DNA of 50,624 nucleotides from Perkinsus olseni (Eukaryota): NCBI GenBank assembly GCA_013115125.1, contig JABANN010000225.1, positions 1 to 50,624 of the forward strand, read 5' to 3'. Shown piece by piece: positions 1 to 11,674 of this stretch (position 1 is its first letter; each line of letters starts with the position of its first letter). The notes under the pieces were generated by a model. It saw only the letters and a program-made list of their open reading frames with translations, ran no database searches and was not told where the DNA came from. The position numbers and the translations under genes were made by a program.

Positions 1-2
1 TC

Positions 3-125
3 TCTGAATCCTCTGAGGGTCGTCAGTGGCTCTACATGGCAGTCTGGACGGTGGTAGTGGGTGTTAACTTCTTAGTCGCCCTCATATGGCTGAAGGTTAA
101 GAATGAGAGACAATACAACTCGTGA
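3..125 (+). CDS. 3' end of a membrane protein gene, truncated by the window edge
   Basis: Open frame SESSEGRQWLYMAVWTVVVGVNFLVALIWLKVKNERQYNS* with one hydrophobic helix; TGA at 123-125. Confidence 0.4.
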   Translation, partial: SESSEGRQWLYMAVWTVVVGVNFLVALIWLKVKNERQYNS

Positions 126-430
126 GTATATTCAGCCATATCGGCATAGGCACATGTTGTTAATCGATAACCTGAGACTTCATTGCAATTTTATTGTAAA
201 CTTGTCTTACCGTCACCGTAATCTCAGATTCGACTGGATCCAGTGCCGTGTCCAGAGTCGGGTAAACCTAAACGATAGTTGACCGATTCAAATAATTTGT
301 CTGTACAACCTGTACGGTACCGTTATGCTGTCACCAGCGAATTGACACGTCGTTCCGGGCCCCGGAATCCGGGGTACTCAACACATCAAGATTCTCGATT
401 CAAGAAAGAGATGAAATACGAGCGGATACG

Positions 431-1990
431 CTAGGTTGCACGACTCTGTGCACTTCGCACTTTTGATAGAAGCCTAGGCTCGCTGGGACACTGGAGTGGA
501 TCATATGCATATGATTTTCGTATAATGAAAGATGAAACAGTTACAGCGGAGGCTCCAACCGCCCACAAAATTGCTTCATCCATGGTCCCTCTCATTGGGG
601 GCCTGTCGAGTGGATGATAGACCAGCGAGCCGCAAACCGTTCGAGATAAGACATTATATGCTCCGGAGAACAGGGCAAGAATGGGAATGGTACACCATCT
701 ACCAACCTTCTTGGAGACCCAACTAGTTGACAGTTCATGTCCCAGAAGGAGCATCAAGGGAGCCCGAAAGCACAACATCAGTATTGGCATGGTCGCGCTG
801 CGTAACTTCCATAATAATATGCAAAAAGAGCTCGGTACGGCGGTACGTTCGGTACCTGGAGCATTCATTGGGATTGAGGGAATCATGTTATAGTCGAAAA
901 TAGGACGGATCGAGCGGGCAACGGGGCACGCCGCGCGTGAAACAACGAGAGGAATGTGGGACGCGCAAATAATTCGCAGCGCAGCGCGGGAGAACAGCCA
1001 ACTCGGGTGATGCTTCTCTTCGTCTTCACCCAACCAAAGGCCCCTCACGACTGCTGCAAACTCTGCCTCCGAACCATACATATCAGTTACAAGCTGCTTG
1101 AGGTAGGAGTAGTCGGCCAATGATGAACACTTAGCTTTGTGTATGTTGAAACGCTTCACTCTGGAACAGAACTTCTGCCACTCTTCACTGCAGTCGAAGG
1201 CTCCCTGGTCTATGAGAAGACTTGTGGCCAGTCCCAAGAAGTGAGCAGTGTACACATTGTGCGTACTGTCTATTCTAGCGCTGTAGGGTTCTGTGAGGTA
1301 CATGGTGACGATACTGAAGAACTGCAAGAGCATTAGCGATACGCACAGCTTAAGGTGGTTAAGGTTGACCAAGATCACATCATCTTCATCATGTGTCTGT
1401 AGGAAAACGGCCAACTCGTAGACGCACCACAGGCGCTTGAGATAATCAGGCGACCAGAGTACGAGCAGCTTGTCTGATGCCTGCAGGTAGTCGGCCAGCT
1501 CCGATATACCATAGGACTTGGCAGTGGGGTCCTTCTGTGGTATACAGCATTTATCGAGAAATACCATGGTGCTGCGATGTTTGAATAACGGGATAATGAA
1601 TAGGGCGACTAGAAATGATACAAAGCCAAAAACGAATGCGAGTAGTTCGATTTCTCCGTCGTGTCGCTCCGGGGAGCACAGGAAATAAGCTCCCATGAGG
1701 GACGACAATAACGTGATATTTTCGGTAGAGGTAGAACTACAGCAGATGAGAAGAGCCATCTGCTTCCAAAAGCCACCAGCAGACCATGAATGGCTTAAGA
1801 AAAAATCGACAGAGGTGACCGGCACCGAGGAGAGGAATGCATCTTCATGGCTCTCGGAGTTACGGAGGAAGGATCGATCCCACATGATGGTAGATAAGCG
1901 GCAGCCTCGGAGACGCGTATCTCCACAAACCCTCTGGGAGCCCAAAGATGGCCCAGTGTGATCCGTCATGAGGGGGAGGGGTGTGGGCAT
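431..1990 (-). CDS. Intronless multi-pass membrane protein with a TIR-like domain
   Basis: Long ORF, first ATG at 1990. TIR-like motifs DFFLSHSW, VFLDKCCIPQ and LLVLWSPDYLKRLWCVYELAVF, plus several hydrophobic helices. Confidence 0.75.
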   Translation of the reverse strand: MPTPLPLMTDHTGPSLGSQRVCGDTRLRGCRLSTIMWDRSFLRNSESHEDAFLSSVPVTSVDFFLSHSWSAGGFWKQMALLICCSSTSTENITLLSSLMGAYFLCSPERHDGEIELLAFVFGFVSFLVALFIIPLFKHRSTMVFLDKCCIPQKDPTAKSYGISELADYLQASDKLLVLWSPDYLKRLWCVYELAVFLQTHDEDDVILVNLNHLKLCVSLMLLQFFSIVTMYLTEPYSARIDSTHNVYTAHFLGLATSLLIDQGAFDCSEEWQKFCSRVKRFNIHKAKCSSLADYSYLKQLVTDMYGSEAEFAAVVRGLWLGEDEEKHHPSWLFSRAALRIICASHIPLVVSRAACPVARSIRPIFDYNMIPSIPMNAPGTERTAVPSSFCILLWKLRSATMPILMLCFRAPLMLLLGHELSTSWVSKKVGRWCTIPILALFSGAYNVLSRTVCGSLVYHPLDRPPMRGTMDEAILWAVGASAVTVSSFIIRKSYAYDPLQCPSEPRLLSKVRSAQSRAT

Positions 1991-4826
1991 TGGTACTAGG
2001 GTACCGAGTCCCACGAAGAACTAGTCGACGACTAGTAGTCGTGACGCTATCGAATATCATCCAGGATGATTCATCTTTGACAAACCCCCGAACGCCCCGG
2101 AATTCATCCGTGGTCAGTCAGGTGAACTGCTTCGAACGCACGAGTCCATCGAGACCTATCAACTAGTGAAGCGGGGCGGATCCTTATTCTCTGTGCTGGC
2201 TTCTGGCGCTAGCACAACTGCCTGTACGCGCCCTCACTAGCGAACTTTCAACTGCGCTAGGCGATATGATCTGCCGTTCCCTTGGTCATAGCGCAACAAA
2301 GGAAGGTAAAGAGGAATAATCTTGCAAAAAGTCTCTAGTTTGGTTGCTTTCATGGCGATCATGAGTATCCGAAACGGCTACGGTTTCAGTGCAAGATACG
2401 TCGGCGCGATCGCCATGGTCACTCACAGCAAATATCTGTCGCTTTGGTCATGTGAATGACACAATGATCCACGTTAGGAGCCATGGAACGGGAGTGGCGG
2501 CGATCCTCGTTGCCGCTGTTCATCAGCGACATTCTCACGCTCTGGATGAACGGCGCAATGCACCTGTTCGAGGAGTAGTACGGCCGTCGCAGAGAAAGGT
2601 CAGGCCTCCCTTTCCCAGGTAACGCGCGTCACCCTGTGGGGGACATGATCATGTCCCACGTTGGCGGGTTGTTAGTAGTAACACCCGCAGTGGTTGACTC
2701 AACAACTCCTGGGATGGACATAGGATTGAGGATCATAGCAATCTTCTTGGGATGGGATGGGAATTATAGCTTCTTCTTTAATTCATTTCAGCCGATGGGC
2801 TGCAACCGTTTCATGCAGCGAATAATGGGCGAACGAGGTTCGTCACGAACCGTTCGTGCGTGCGCGCTCGAACACGGGTGGGGTTTGATGCCGCAGAACC
2901 AAGCGACAACGAGTAACCGAAGAGTAACTCGCCCCGCCTTTGTACACCAGGGCTCACTGAGCCCGGCTCAGGTACTCCTATCACCCAAAGTTTCAGTCCC
3001 AAACCCGACGTAGGTGATACTGGAGACGTGCTACTAGTTGCGTTGTAAAGTAAAAGGCACAACATTCTTGGTGGCAATCCAACGTAGGAGGACCGCCGTG
3101 GGCGAGATTACCACGCAGAGAACTTGTGCACTAGGTACAGTCATGAAGGTTATGGCGGATGGGAGCTCGCCCCCTGGACGTGAAGTATTAACGGCAGGTG
3201 CTCCGCTCCTTTGTGGGTTGCCAGACATTGACTGAACCCAACAATTCAGAACTCGAGCCAAGATGACTACGGACTGACTTATACCAACCTCATTAATACT
3301 GATCGCACAAAAACCAATCAGTGTTACCATAGCTGAAAGGGTGCACGCATGCACACTGAGATTGGGAGATAGTCAACAATAAGACTTTCCTCTAACAGAG
3401 GTAAGATACAAGAGACTGCTTAGTCGACCCAGACCGGTTATGGAGTCCGGGCCGGACTGTCCGGCAGCTCCCGTGTCCTACTGAACCGTGGTGGCTTCCA
3501 GCTACTCAAAGGCAACAAACACAGGCTACTGCCTGGCTGCTGGCTCTGGCGCTGATGAAGGTCGAACAGGTCAGAGCAGAGCTACCCACTGTTCACACTC
3601 TCACCCTCTGCATCATGAGAGTTTCGGGCGTCGATGCCGGTGAGTAGCGTTGTGTGATTGTTGAAGCCACGAGAGGAACAACGACAAGCAACGCTTTATG
3701 CCGACGTTCATCAAATTCTCCACTCAACTCCCCGGCCATCGCGTTCGAGGCGTCGGATCGATAGCAATTAAGATATTGCAGCCGTCAACGATAGGATCGT
3801 GGGCTATCTTGGATTCGAAACCTAGTAGTCTTTCTACTAGCCGTTCAGTGTCATCAACGGCGTTGTCTGATTCGAGGTTTTATACTCAACGGCTAACGGG
3901 CAGGACATCCCTCTGGATGATGTGTAAGTAACAGCTGAAGTTGATGGCTAAGATATGCAGATATAAGAAGACATCGGGCAACGGGAGCTGTGCACTCTGA
4001 TGAGAGTCCCTGAGGTTCTGAGTCCAAGGCCGACGAGGGCCTCGTCACGAGGCATCGGCGTGAGCCTCAGAGGGCCAGGGCCCGCGGAAATTCAAGAGAA
4101 ACTGGGCCCCAATTCTCAAGGAATCCCAACCGGTTAGGATTTAGGACGTAATTAAGAGAAGGACCCTAACCTTACGACGTCCTTGAAGAAGTCAAGCTGT
4201 CCTTGAAGGACAGCAGGATCCTAATTTCGAAGACGTCCTAATCTCAGGTTTAGGACGATTTTATCATGCTTCTTTGATCATGAAAGGTACCTTGAATAAA
4301 CCTGCTAGAGAGTCTTTAGTGTAGATCCGCGACGCCTAGGCTTGAGCAGCAGATAGGCTAGTTGTTAGAATTATCAGTACAGGCGTCATGGTACAGTGTT
4401 GGCAGCCGATCTACTAGGGTCTGGATCCAAAACCCAATGTATTTGCGGACACACGAGGCTGATCACAACATATCAGTCACACGACTGATAGAGGCGTTAC
4501 TTATTAGTAAAGAGGATTTGCGATGCACGTGTTCATGATCCGATTCGCTGACAGTGCCCGGGGATCCCTGGGCAGTCCGAATGTAAAGATCTAAGAACTG
4601 ATCCCTTTCAGTCTTAGATTTCATTGCGTCGGCGGAAAAACTGCTCTATGTGACACAACAGTGCTAAAGCAACGAATAAAACTCTTGTAAAAACATCAGT
4701 GATCTTTAAACCATGAGATGTCGTCCTCCTGCGCCTCTTGACGGCCACGTTCAGTAAACATAGAGTACCTACGATAACCATCTAAGCTCTCTGGCATCCC
4801 TGAGGTCGATGATGTTGCCCCTTCTA

Positions 4827-6784
4827 CTACGCGTCTCCGGTAATTGGCTCCAATATACCCAATTCCTTTCCCACTGACACGAATGCCGCCACCACCTTCT
4901 GCAACTGCTTTTCAGTATGGGCCGCGGAAAGCTGCACCTGAGGGGCAAGACGCGAGTTCGAAGTTTGCCGAAATATGTAGGGCGCCCACTCTAATCCTGG
5001 CCTGCCCTTTAGGTACGACAGGATAACTGAATCCGATAACATATATGCCTCTCTCGAGGAGAGCATCGGCGAACTGAGTGGCGAGTCGGGCATCACCAAG
5101 GAGAACAGGCACGATAGGGCAACGCGCATCGCCCAACACGGTGAATCCAGCTCTGTTCAAAGCTTGCCTGCGAAGGATGATCACCCCAGTGCCAGAAACG
5201 AAGAGATCGTCTCACCGGAAGTACTCAGTATTCTTCGCTAGCTTCTCTTGCAGTTCGGGACTCCTTTCCAACTTCTCGAAGGCAACCTGCGAGTGAAATA
5301 AGGTCACGCTTCACTGATGGCGGACTACCTGACTAGCGCCAACCACGCTTGGAGCCGCTGAGTTGCTGAACAGATAAGGGCGTGCCTTCTGACGCATGAC
5401 CTCGATGATGTCAGAGGAGGCTGCTGTATATCCACCGGTCGCGCCACCTTGCGAGGGAACAGGGGCTCGGTTAATAAACAGATCGTATCATCTATACGAA
5501 GTACGAGAGGGGGAGTCCATCGCTCAGCGTAGACGCGGATAAAGGAGCCACACAGAATCCCGAGGCACCTACCGAGTGCTTTCCCCAGAGTTGAATTGAT
5601 GATGTCCACTTTGACGTCAAACATATCAGGGGTGCCGCGGCCATTGGCCCCGAAGACTCCAGTAGCATGGCACTCGTCTACCATAACGTAAGTGTTGGGG
5701 TACCTACGACCAAAGTCTGATGCTATTGACAGGTTACACGTACTCGTGAGCCAATTCGACAATCTTGTCTAGAGGAGCCACATCGCCGTCCATCGAGAAG
5801 ACTCCATCAGTGACAATAAGACGTATCTGTTAAAACCCGCGTCGATTGCGGTGCTTAGCGACTATTGACTGCCCACTTTAGCGTCTTTGGCTTCAAGAAG
5901 CTTCGCCTCCAGGTCTACCATATCCAAGTGATTGTATCTGCATGAAAACGGAATGGGAGAATAAAAGGTACCCTACCCGGGGATCGAACCCGGAATCTCC
6001 ACCTTAGGAGGGTGGCGCCTTATCCATTGGGCCAGCAGGGCACACGAACGACGACCCGACCAACACTCACCTGAATCTTTGAGCCTTGCACAATCTAATT
6101 CCATCAATAATACTAGCATGGTTCAGCGCATCGGAAATGACCGCGTCTTCTCCACCCAACAAAGTCTCGAAAATACCGCCGTTAGCGTCGAAGCAGGAGG
6201 GAAATAGGATGCAGTCTTCCATGCCATGAAACTGAACAGCCATCGAACAACTCAGAATCCACCGCGATCGGAAGGGCATGAACATTGGTCATTCATCTCT
6301 ACCTTCGCAATGGTCTTCTCGAGCTTCTTATGAATATCCTGAGTACCGCAGATAAACCTAACACTACTCAAACCGAAACCATGGCTCTTCAAAGTCTCGG
6401 CAGCAGCAGCGACAAGCTGTGGATCGTTCGAGAGGCCGAGGTAGTTATTCGCACCTAACAAAAAGGCAATGCTGCATCAGACCTGCTTCGTCCATTCACT
6501 CACAGAAATTCAAGATTTCTTGCTGCTTGCCGCCCTCTACGTGAAGACTGGCCCCTTGCGGACTCGTGATGACTCTCTCCGACTTGTACCTTAGCCGAAT
6601 ACGTCGATCGCATCAACCGCTTCTCGACTTACGTTCCAGTCGACTTGGCCTCGTCCACCACACCTTTCAGTTTATCAGCGAGAGCCCCATGAGTGGCAAA
6701 ACACCGCAAAGATATCAACTTGGCGGGCTGGTGAAGTCGGGGTAAGAGAGCAGCCGAGGGAACCGCCAGGCATCGAGAAATCAT
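4827..6784 (-). CDS. GCAT: 2-amino-3-ketobutyrate CoA ligase (glycine C-acetyltransferase), PLP class II, probably mitochondrial; multi-exon
   Basis: Exons encode [67 protein letters not shown] and [14 protein letters not shown]. The N-terminus is Arg/Leu/Ala-rich like a targeting peptide. Confidence 0.93.
5969..6041 (-). tRNA. tRNA-Arg(CCT), inside GCAT intron 5938-6070
   Basis: GCCCTGC...GTAGGGT acceptor stem, D-arm TGGCCCAATGGATAAGGC, anticodon arm CCACC-CTCCTAA-GGTGG, T-arm CCGGGTTCGATCCCCGG, then a TTTT terminator. Confidence 0.95.
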
Positions 6785-7360
6785 CTCAGGTGGAAAACTG
6801 AAGCGGCTCGGCAGAGAAGGAGCGTCGATCGCAAACGGCGGCCCGACACGAAGGCTAGGGCTTTGAACAGGGGAATCTTTGCAGCACCCAGTAGAAGCTA
6901 GCAGGGCCTTTCTCATAGTACCGCAAGCAGAGTATTCTCGTACCACTCCTTCCCGAAATCCCACCAACCCTCGATGATGCTAATTGACCCACTTAACACC
7001 AGCAACTTCATCTCGTCAGTGAGTCCACAGAATCCATCGCTTCTAACAGCCGATAAAAATGGTGATTTCGTGGCGAGTGACGGCATACGTCCTCAAGACT
7101 ACTACTGCCTTTCGAGTGTTACAGTGTTATCAATGTTACATAGAATCATCATCAGGGTATCTAATGCTCAGAGCAATCCACTGGAGGGAGCGAACGAGGT
7201 AGTACTGTATAGAGATATTAAATTTTCGAGACGACGGATATTGCAGCGGGATGATTCGGGAGAGTAGACAATATTTTCGTGGCGCGCGACGGCATCGAAC
7301 GAACCATCCTCGCTGCTGCTGCTGCTGTTATTGATAGAGCATACGCATAAAACAACGATT

Positions 7361-8524
7361 TTACGAGGAGTCGGAGGGCAGCTCGAAGCGACATACTGGA
7401 CAGGAGTTGTGCTGAAAAAGAGAAGAAATCACAGCCGTCGAGGTAAGAGCACCCTCGAGCCCACCTGCTCCAGCCAAGGCCGAATACAATGTTTGTGAAA
7501 AGCATGACGGCAACTACAGGGGACGTCCCGGGGAATGGCATCGCGTATTCGGTTCAGCACATCACCAGTTACATAACGACACTAAGAATGAAGGAAATCG
7601 ATCAGCAGGGCTAGCGCTACCTGCAGTCACCTGGCATATAGCACATTCGTCCTGCTCATCCTCTCGAGTGGCCGTCACATCCCTGAATCGGGACAGGACT
7701 GATGGCGATGTCGCGTGAGAACCTATAATGGCCGGTGCGGCAAATGACCGCGCGCCACGAAATTGCCCTACGAATCCCTGGGTGGTTGAACGTTGCCATG
7801 AGGACTTGCTGCAAGAGCGCTCGCTCGAGTGGAGAGGCGGTGGCGTTGCCCTGGGGTCCGATCTGGGGTCGGCCATTTGGGCCGAGCAAGAGAGGTATCG
7901 CGTCCATCCCAAGTACCATACCATGACCAGCACCGAATGGCTGGGCATTGCTGAAGGGAGAATATTCGCTGTGCGCACCACCTTCCTTCAACTCACTCGA
8001 AAGATTCTCTGCCCATCGCTTGATGCTCTCTTGACGGAGGAATCCACCAAGACGCAGCACGGTTCCTTCGGACGGCCTGAACAACGACAATCTTGCTATC
8101 TTGCATTTCCTCAACACCAGGCCGTCTTGCATTCCAAACTTCATCAGCAGGGGACATCCGAGGTGTCTCAATAATATCAACCGCGATCGTCACTGGTGGG
8201 GGTGCCGGATAGTCCGGGGGCGGCGGTGACGCATTTTCGCCGCTCGACTGGGATGCGCTGGCCTGAATGAAAATCTTAGCGGAGCGAAGCAGCAGCAATT
8301 TATGCTACTACTGCAGCGTGAATCGCTTGTTCGTCTGCTGCCATGGTCTGATCTCGATCGGCCTCGGCGACCCACGGGGTGTCCTCAGACCGGTCCCACT
8401 TTTCTACAAAATAGCCGTGGCAAGCAGAGCATCTCCAGGGCTCCGAGGGAGTCGACGCGGTCACACGGCCGCAACTGTGACAGTAAATCCTCTGAGATGG
8501 TGTAGAGGATGATGAAGTCGGCAT
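7361..8524 (-). CDS. Zinc-ribbon + RING-H2 E3 ubiquitin ligase (RNF115/126-like architecture); multi-exon
   Basis: N-terminal YCHSC...RCSACHGYFVE. Spliced C-terminus CAICQ...[28 protein letters not shown], TAA at 7361-7363. Confidence 0.88.
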
Positions 8525-8612
8525 TGAATTAGATTACACTGAAAGGCGCAGGTTCGATCCTCACACCCGGCATTTTTAACACAGTAAAATACTCCACTAG
8601 AAATCACTCATA

Positions 8613-11442
8613 TCAAGCTGCCGTCTTCGGCCCGCCAGCTGTGTCCGCCTCGGCCCAGCATTTATGCCGGACGTAGTAACCGTCGGGCGACACCTCCAAC
8701 CTCGGATCTGCCGAGACAACGATGATTCCTTCGAAGACCACAGAAAGCCCATCACCTTGTTTTCCGCATCGCTCCGTCCGCATTACATGAACAACTTCCG
8801 CCTGGTCGTCCGAAAGATCCCGGAGTCGGTCAAATTTCATCAGTTCATGCACTGGCACCCAGTGTGTCCCAGGGTAGGCCTGGAGGGGACAGATCGACAC
8901 AATAAATCTGCACGCATGCGCAAGCAGCATTACCAAACTCCTCAAGTGCTCGTCCTTCTCCCAATTGGGTTTATTCAGCCACCATTCGACCTGTCGTCTG
9001 ATCGACCCGAATTTCTTCTTCTGTCTCTTCAACGCGGACTTGTCAGAGGCGATTGGAGGGACATACGCTAACGATGAAATCTTGGGGCCCTTCTTGTTGG
9101 CCGGGGAGGCGACGTGCTGGCCTGAATATATCCACCATTCCGCCCAGGTTCTATCCCCACACCATACCAATTTGCTTTTGCTTTTGCTGCTGCTGCTGCT
9201 GCTGCTGAGGCTCGCCCGCACTGGGAGCATTCTCTTCCGGGTCGTGGACGAGAAGACCGAACATATCTTTTTCAGGGATGACCTGTCGAAAGAATCTTGC
9301 GCACGGCAAAGATTTCCAGCCGCGAATAAATCTTTTACTTACGTCATGCCGACCCTTGCAATCTACAAGTACAGCTTTTCCGTTATCCAACGCCAGTAGC
9401 TTCCACACCTGAGTAAGAGAGTTGTCATCCTCCCATCGAAACGACCCAGGTTCAATTCCCACTACCTCTGGTTCTAACAGTTTGCTTCTGCCCGTAACAG
9501 GATCCGCTTGCAAACTTCGGAACTTGACAAACTGGCCGGCCCTCAAATCTTCGACCTTCTCATGCCAATCGTCGAACCTGAGCAGGCCATCGTGAAGGCT
9601 GAGAATTCCAATGCTTATGACACACCACCCAAAGAAAACGATAAAATCTGATACTAAGAAACGGGCCGTAATAAAGTAATGGAAATCTAATAAGCCAGCC
9701 GCTAGCCATTCTCTTACCACCAGGCAGCAAGGATCAATACCTCAGAAAAATCAGTAAACCACCCTCGCTTTGCCCTCCTGTGGTACTACTTCCAATTGGA
9801 TTCCTTCGCCTCCTCCTCCGGCGGTGTTTGGGGCTTTCGGGCAGCAACAAAACGAACTTTATCATTCCCAATCACCTCCTGCTGTTGCTGATGGACGGGA
9901 GCGGGGGCGGCCTCAACTTTCCGTCGCTTCGGCTGAGGTGTCGGCTCCGACGCCGCTGAACTCTCGTCAGACGAAGATTCACTCTCCGAGCTCGAAGAAG
10001 AGGATGAGGACGTCGGCGAGGAAGGTTCATTCTCCTGTGTTTGGGCTATCGGTGCCACGGCCTTCACCGCTTCAGCCACACTCTCCTCCTCATCACTTGA
10101 ACTCTCGCTCTCACTTGAACTTTCTCCACTCATATCCTCATCACTACTGCTACTAGGCGCCCTTCCCGTCGGCTTTGGAGTCCCCTTGCGAACCTCCCTA
10201 AGGCTGCGCTTTTTCGGAGTGGAAGTTGAAGTTTCGTCCAATCGGATACGACGGTCGCCCTCCCCCGCCGACGGTGGCAAAGCATAGATGACGGACGGCT
10301 CCTCCTCGCACGGCTCTCCGTCGACTGTGACGAGTTCATCATCCCGAAGAATCTGAATTGACTTCAGCGTTAGCAGAGAAGATTTCGCGTGAGTCGCATC
10401 GTTAGTCGAGCGTCCCTGTAGGCCGAAGCGAAGGGGCCAGGAAGAGCATTACCATCACGACGAAGCAATTTCTGTATACCAGAAAACCACATTAAAAATT
10501 TCGGGAAGAAAAATTTTGAGCATATTTCACCAGTTCAGATGAAAATTCTTCGGAAAACCCTAAAAAACGGAAATTACCAGAATTGAGGTAAAAAACATAA
10601 GGCTGGTGATATGAGTATTGTGGGTGAACGGGATGCGCACAACTACAAGGAATCACGAGCAAACTCCTCCCTTCAGTACCTCTCGCACGACACTCTCGTT
10701 GGGGAGTCGAAAACCATCGATCGATACGGACCACTGAGAGCATTGGCCCTTCAAGTGGGAGAGATACGGCCGGGTTTGGAGATGATGCAGGAGATCCGAT
10801 ACAGTACGGACTGTCGGCGGGACCTAAACGTATCCTGCACGCTTCAACCTAAGATATTCTCGCGCCGAGCCGGGTACGATTATGATTAGCCCGCACTATG
10901 CTCGCAGCTTCCGACGAAAAAACAGAATTCGGTAGCTATCGAATATTGGCAGCCAGAAACCCAATTGAACGGTTCTTCTTTCTTCCCTCCTCTAAACCAA
11001 AAAAAGTCGAGTTCGGCGGTTACGGCGGAAATGATAGCCGTCCCAAACTCGCTTTCAATACGATGGACTCGAGTCGGAGGGGGACTGGTTGAACTTACAG
11101 CGGAGCTCAATCAAACACACTCAAAAGACCTTACTCTTGTGTAAGAAAAATCACGTCTGATAGATTTTACGAACCAAAAATAAAACGCTTATGACCCGTC
11201 TCCACAAGTAGCGTCCGCAAGACACTAACGAGAAACACTGAAGAACCGACGATACCGCTGACAAGACTCGCAATGTGGATAGAACAGTTAATTCATACAT
11301 GTACTTTGCCTAACCTAACCTGAATCTTGCACGCTCAACCCCAAGATACTACCACAATCATCATCGACTGATATCCTCCCGCCTCGAATGAGCCGCTCGC
11401 GAAGGTCAACTTGAGCCGAAGAGGTCCCGTAGTTGCCGACAT
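8613..11442 (-). CDS. Coilin-like protein (Coilin_N, acidic/Ser-rich linker, Tudor-like domain) with a C-terminal La motif; multi-exon
   Basis: Exon 1 11442-11353 (MSATTGPLRLKLTF). Exon 2 10823-10680 (TVSDLLHHL...SIDGFRLPNESVVRE). Exon 3 from 10352 (ILRDDELVTV), then S/E-rich tracts, LRAGQFVKFRSL, polyQ, and IRRQVEWWL..NWEKDEHL..WVPVHELMKFDRLRDL..LEVSPDG. Confidence 0.7.
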
Positions 11443-11674
11443 GCTGGACGAAGACGATGGCTTGTCGCTTCCACCACTTCAACTTGGTTGCACGAAATAT
11501 TTTCATGCAAATAGGTCAATTCGTCAGCGTAGCAGCGCATGTTTCGTCAGTGTATGCTTCAACTTGACCTGACATGAATCCTGCATGCTTCGGCCTCAGA
11601 TATCCTAGCGTCGGGTTCGGCACTCGGGACATGTTCTGAGTGACCCTTCAAAAAATTCAGTCGGAGTTTTTAAT

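Noticed and set aside
2389-3354. Short ORFs as retrotransposon gag/pol
   Set aside because: No zinc knuckle, protease, RT, integrase or transposase motif is recognisable.
11309-11324. CCTAACCTAACC as a telomerase RNA template or telomere seed
   Set aside because: Only about 2.4 units, the telomere repeat of this organism is not established here, and there is no supporting structure.
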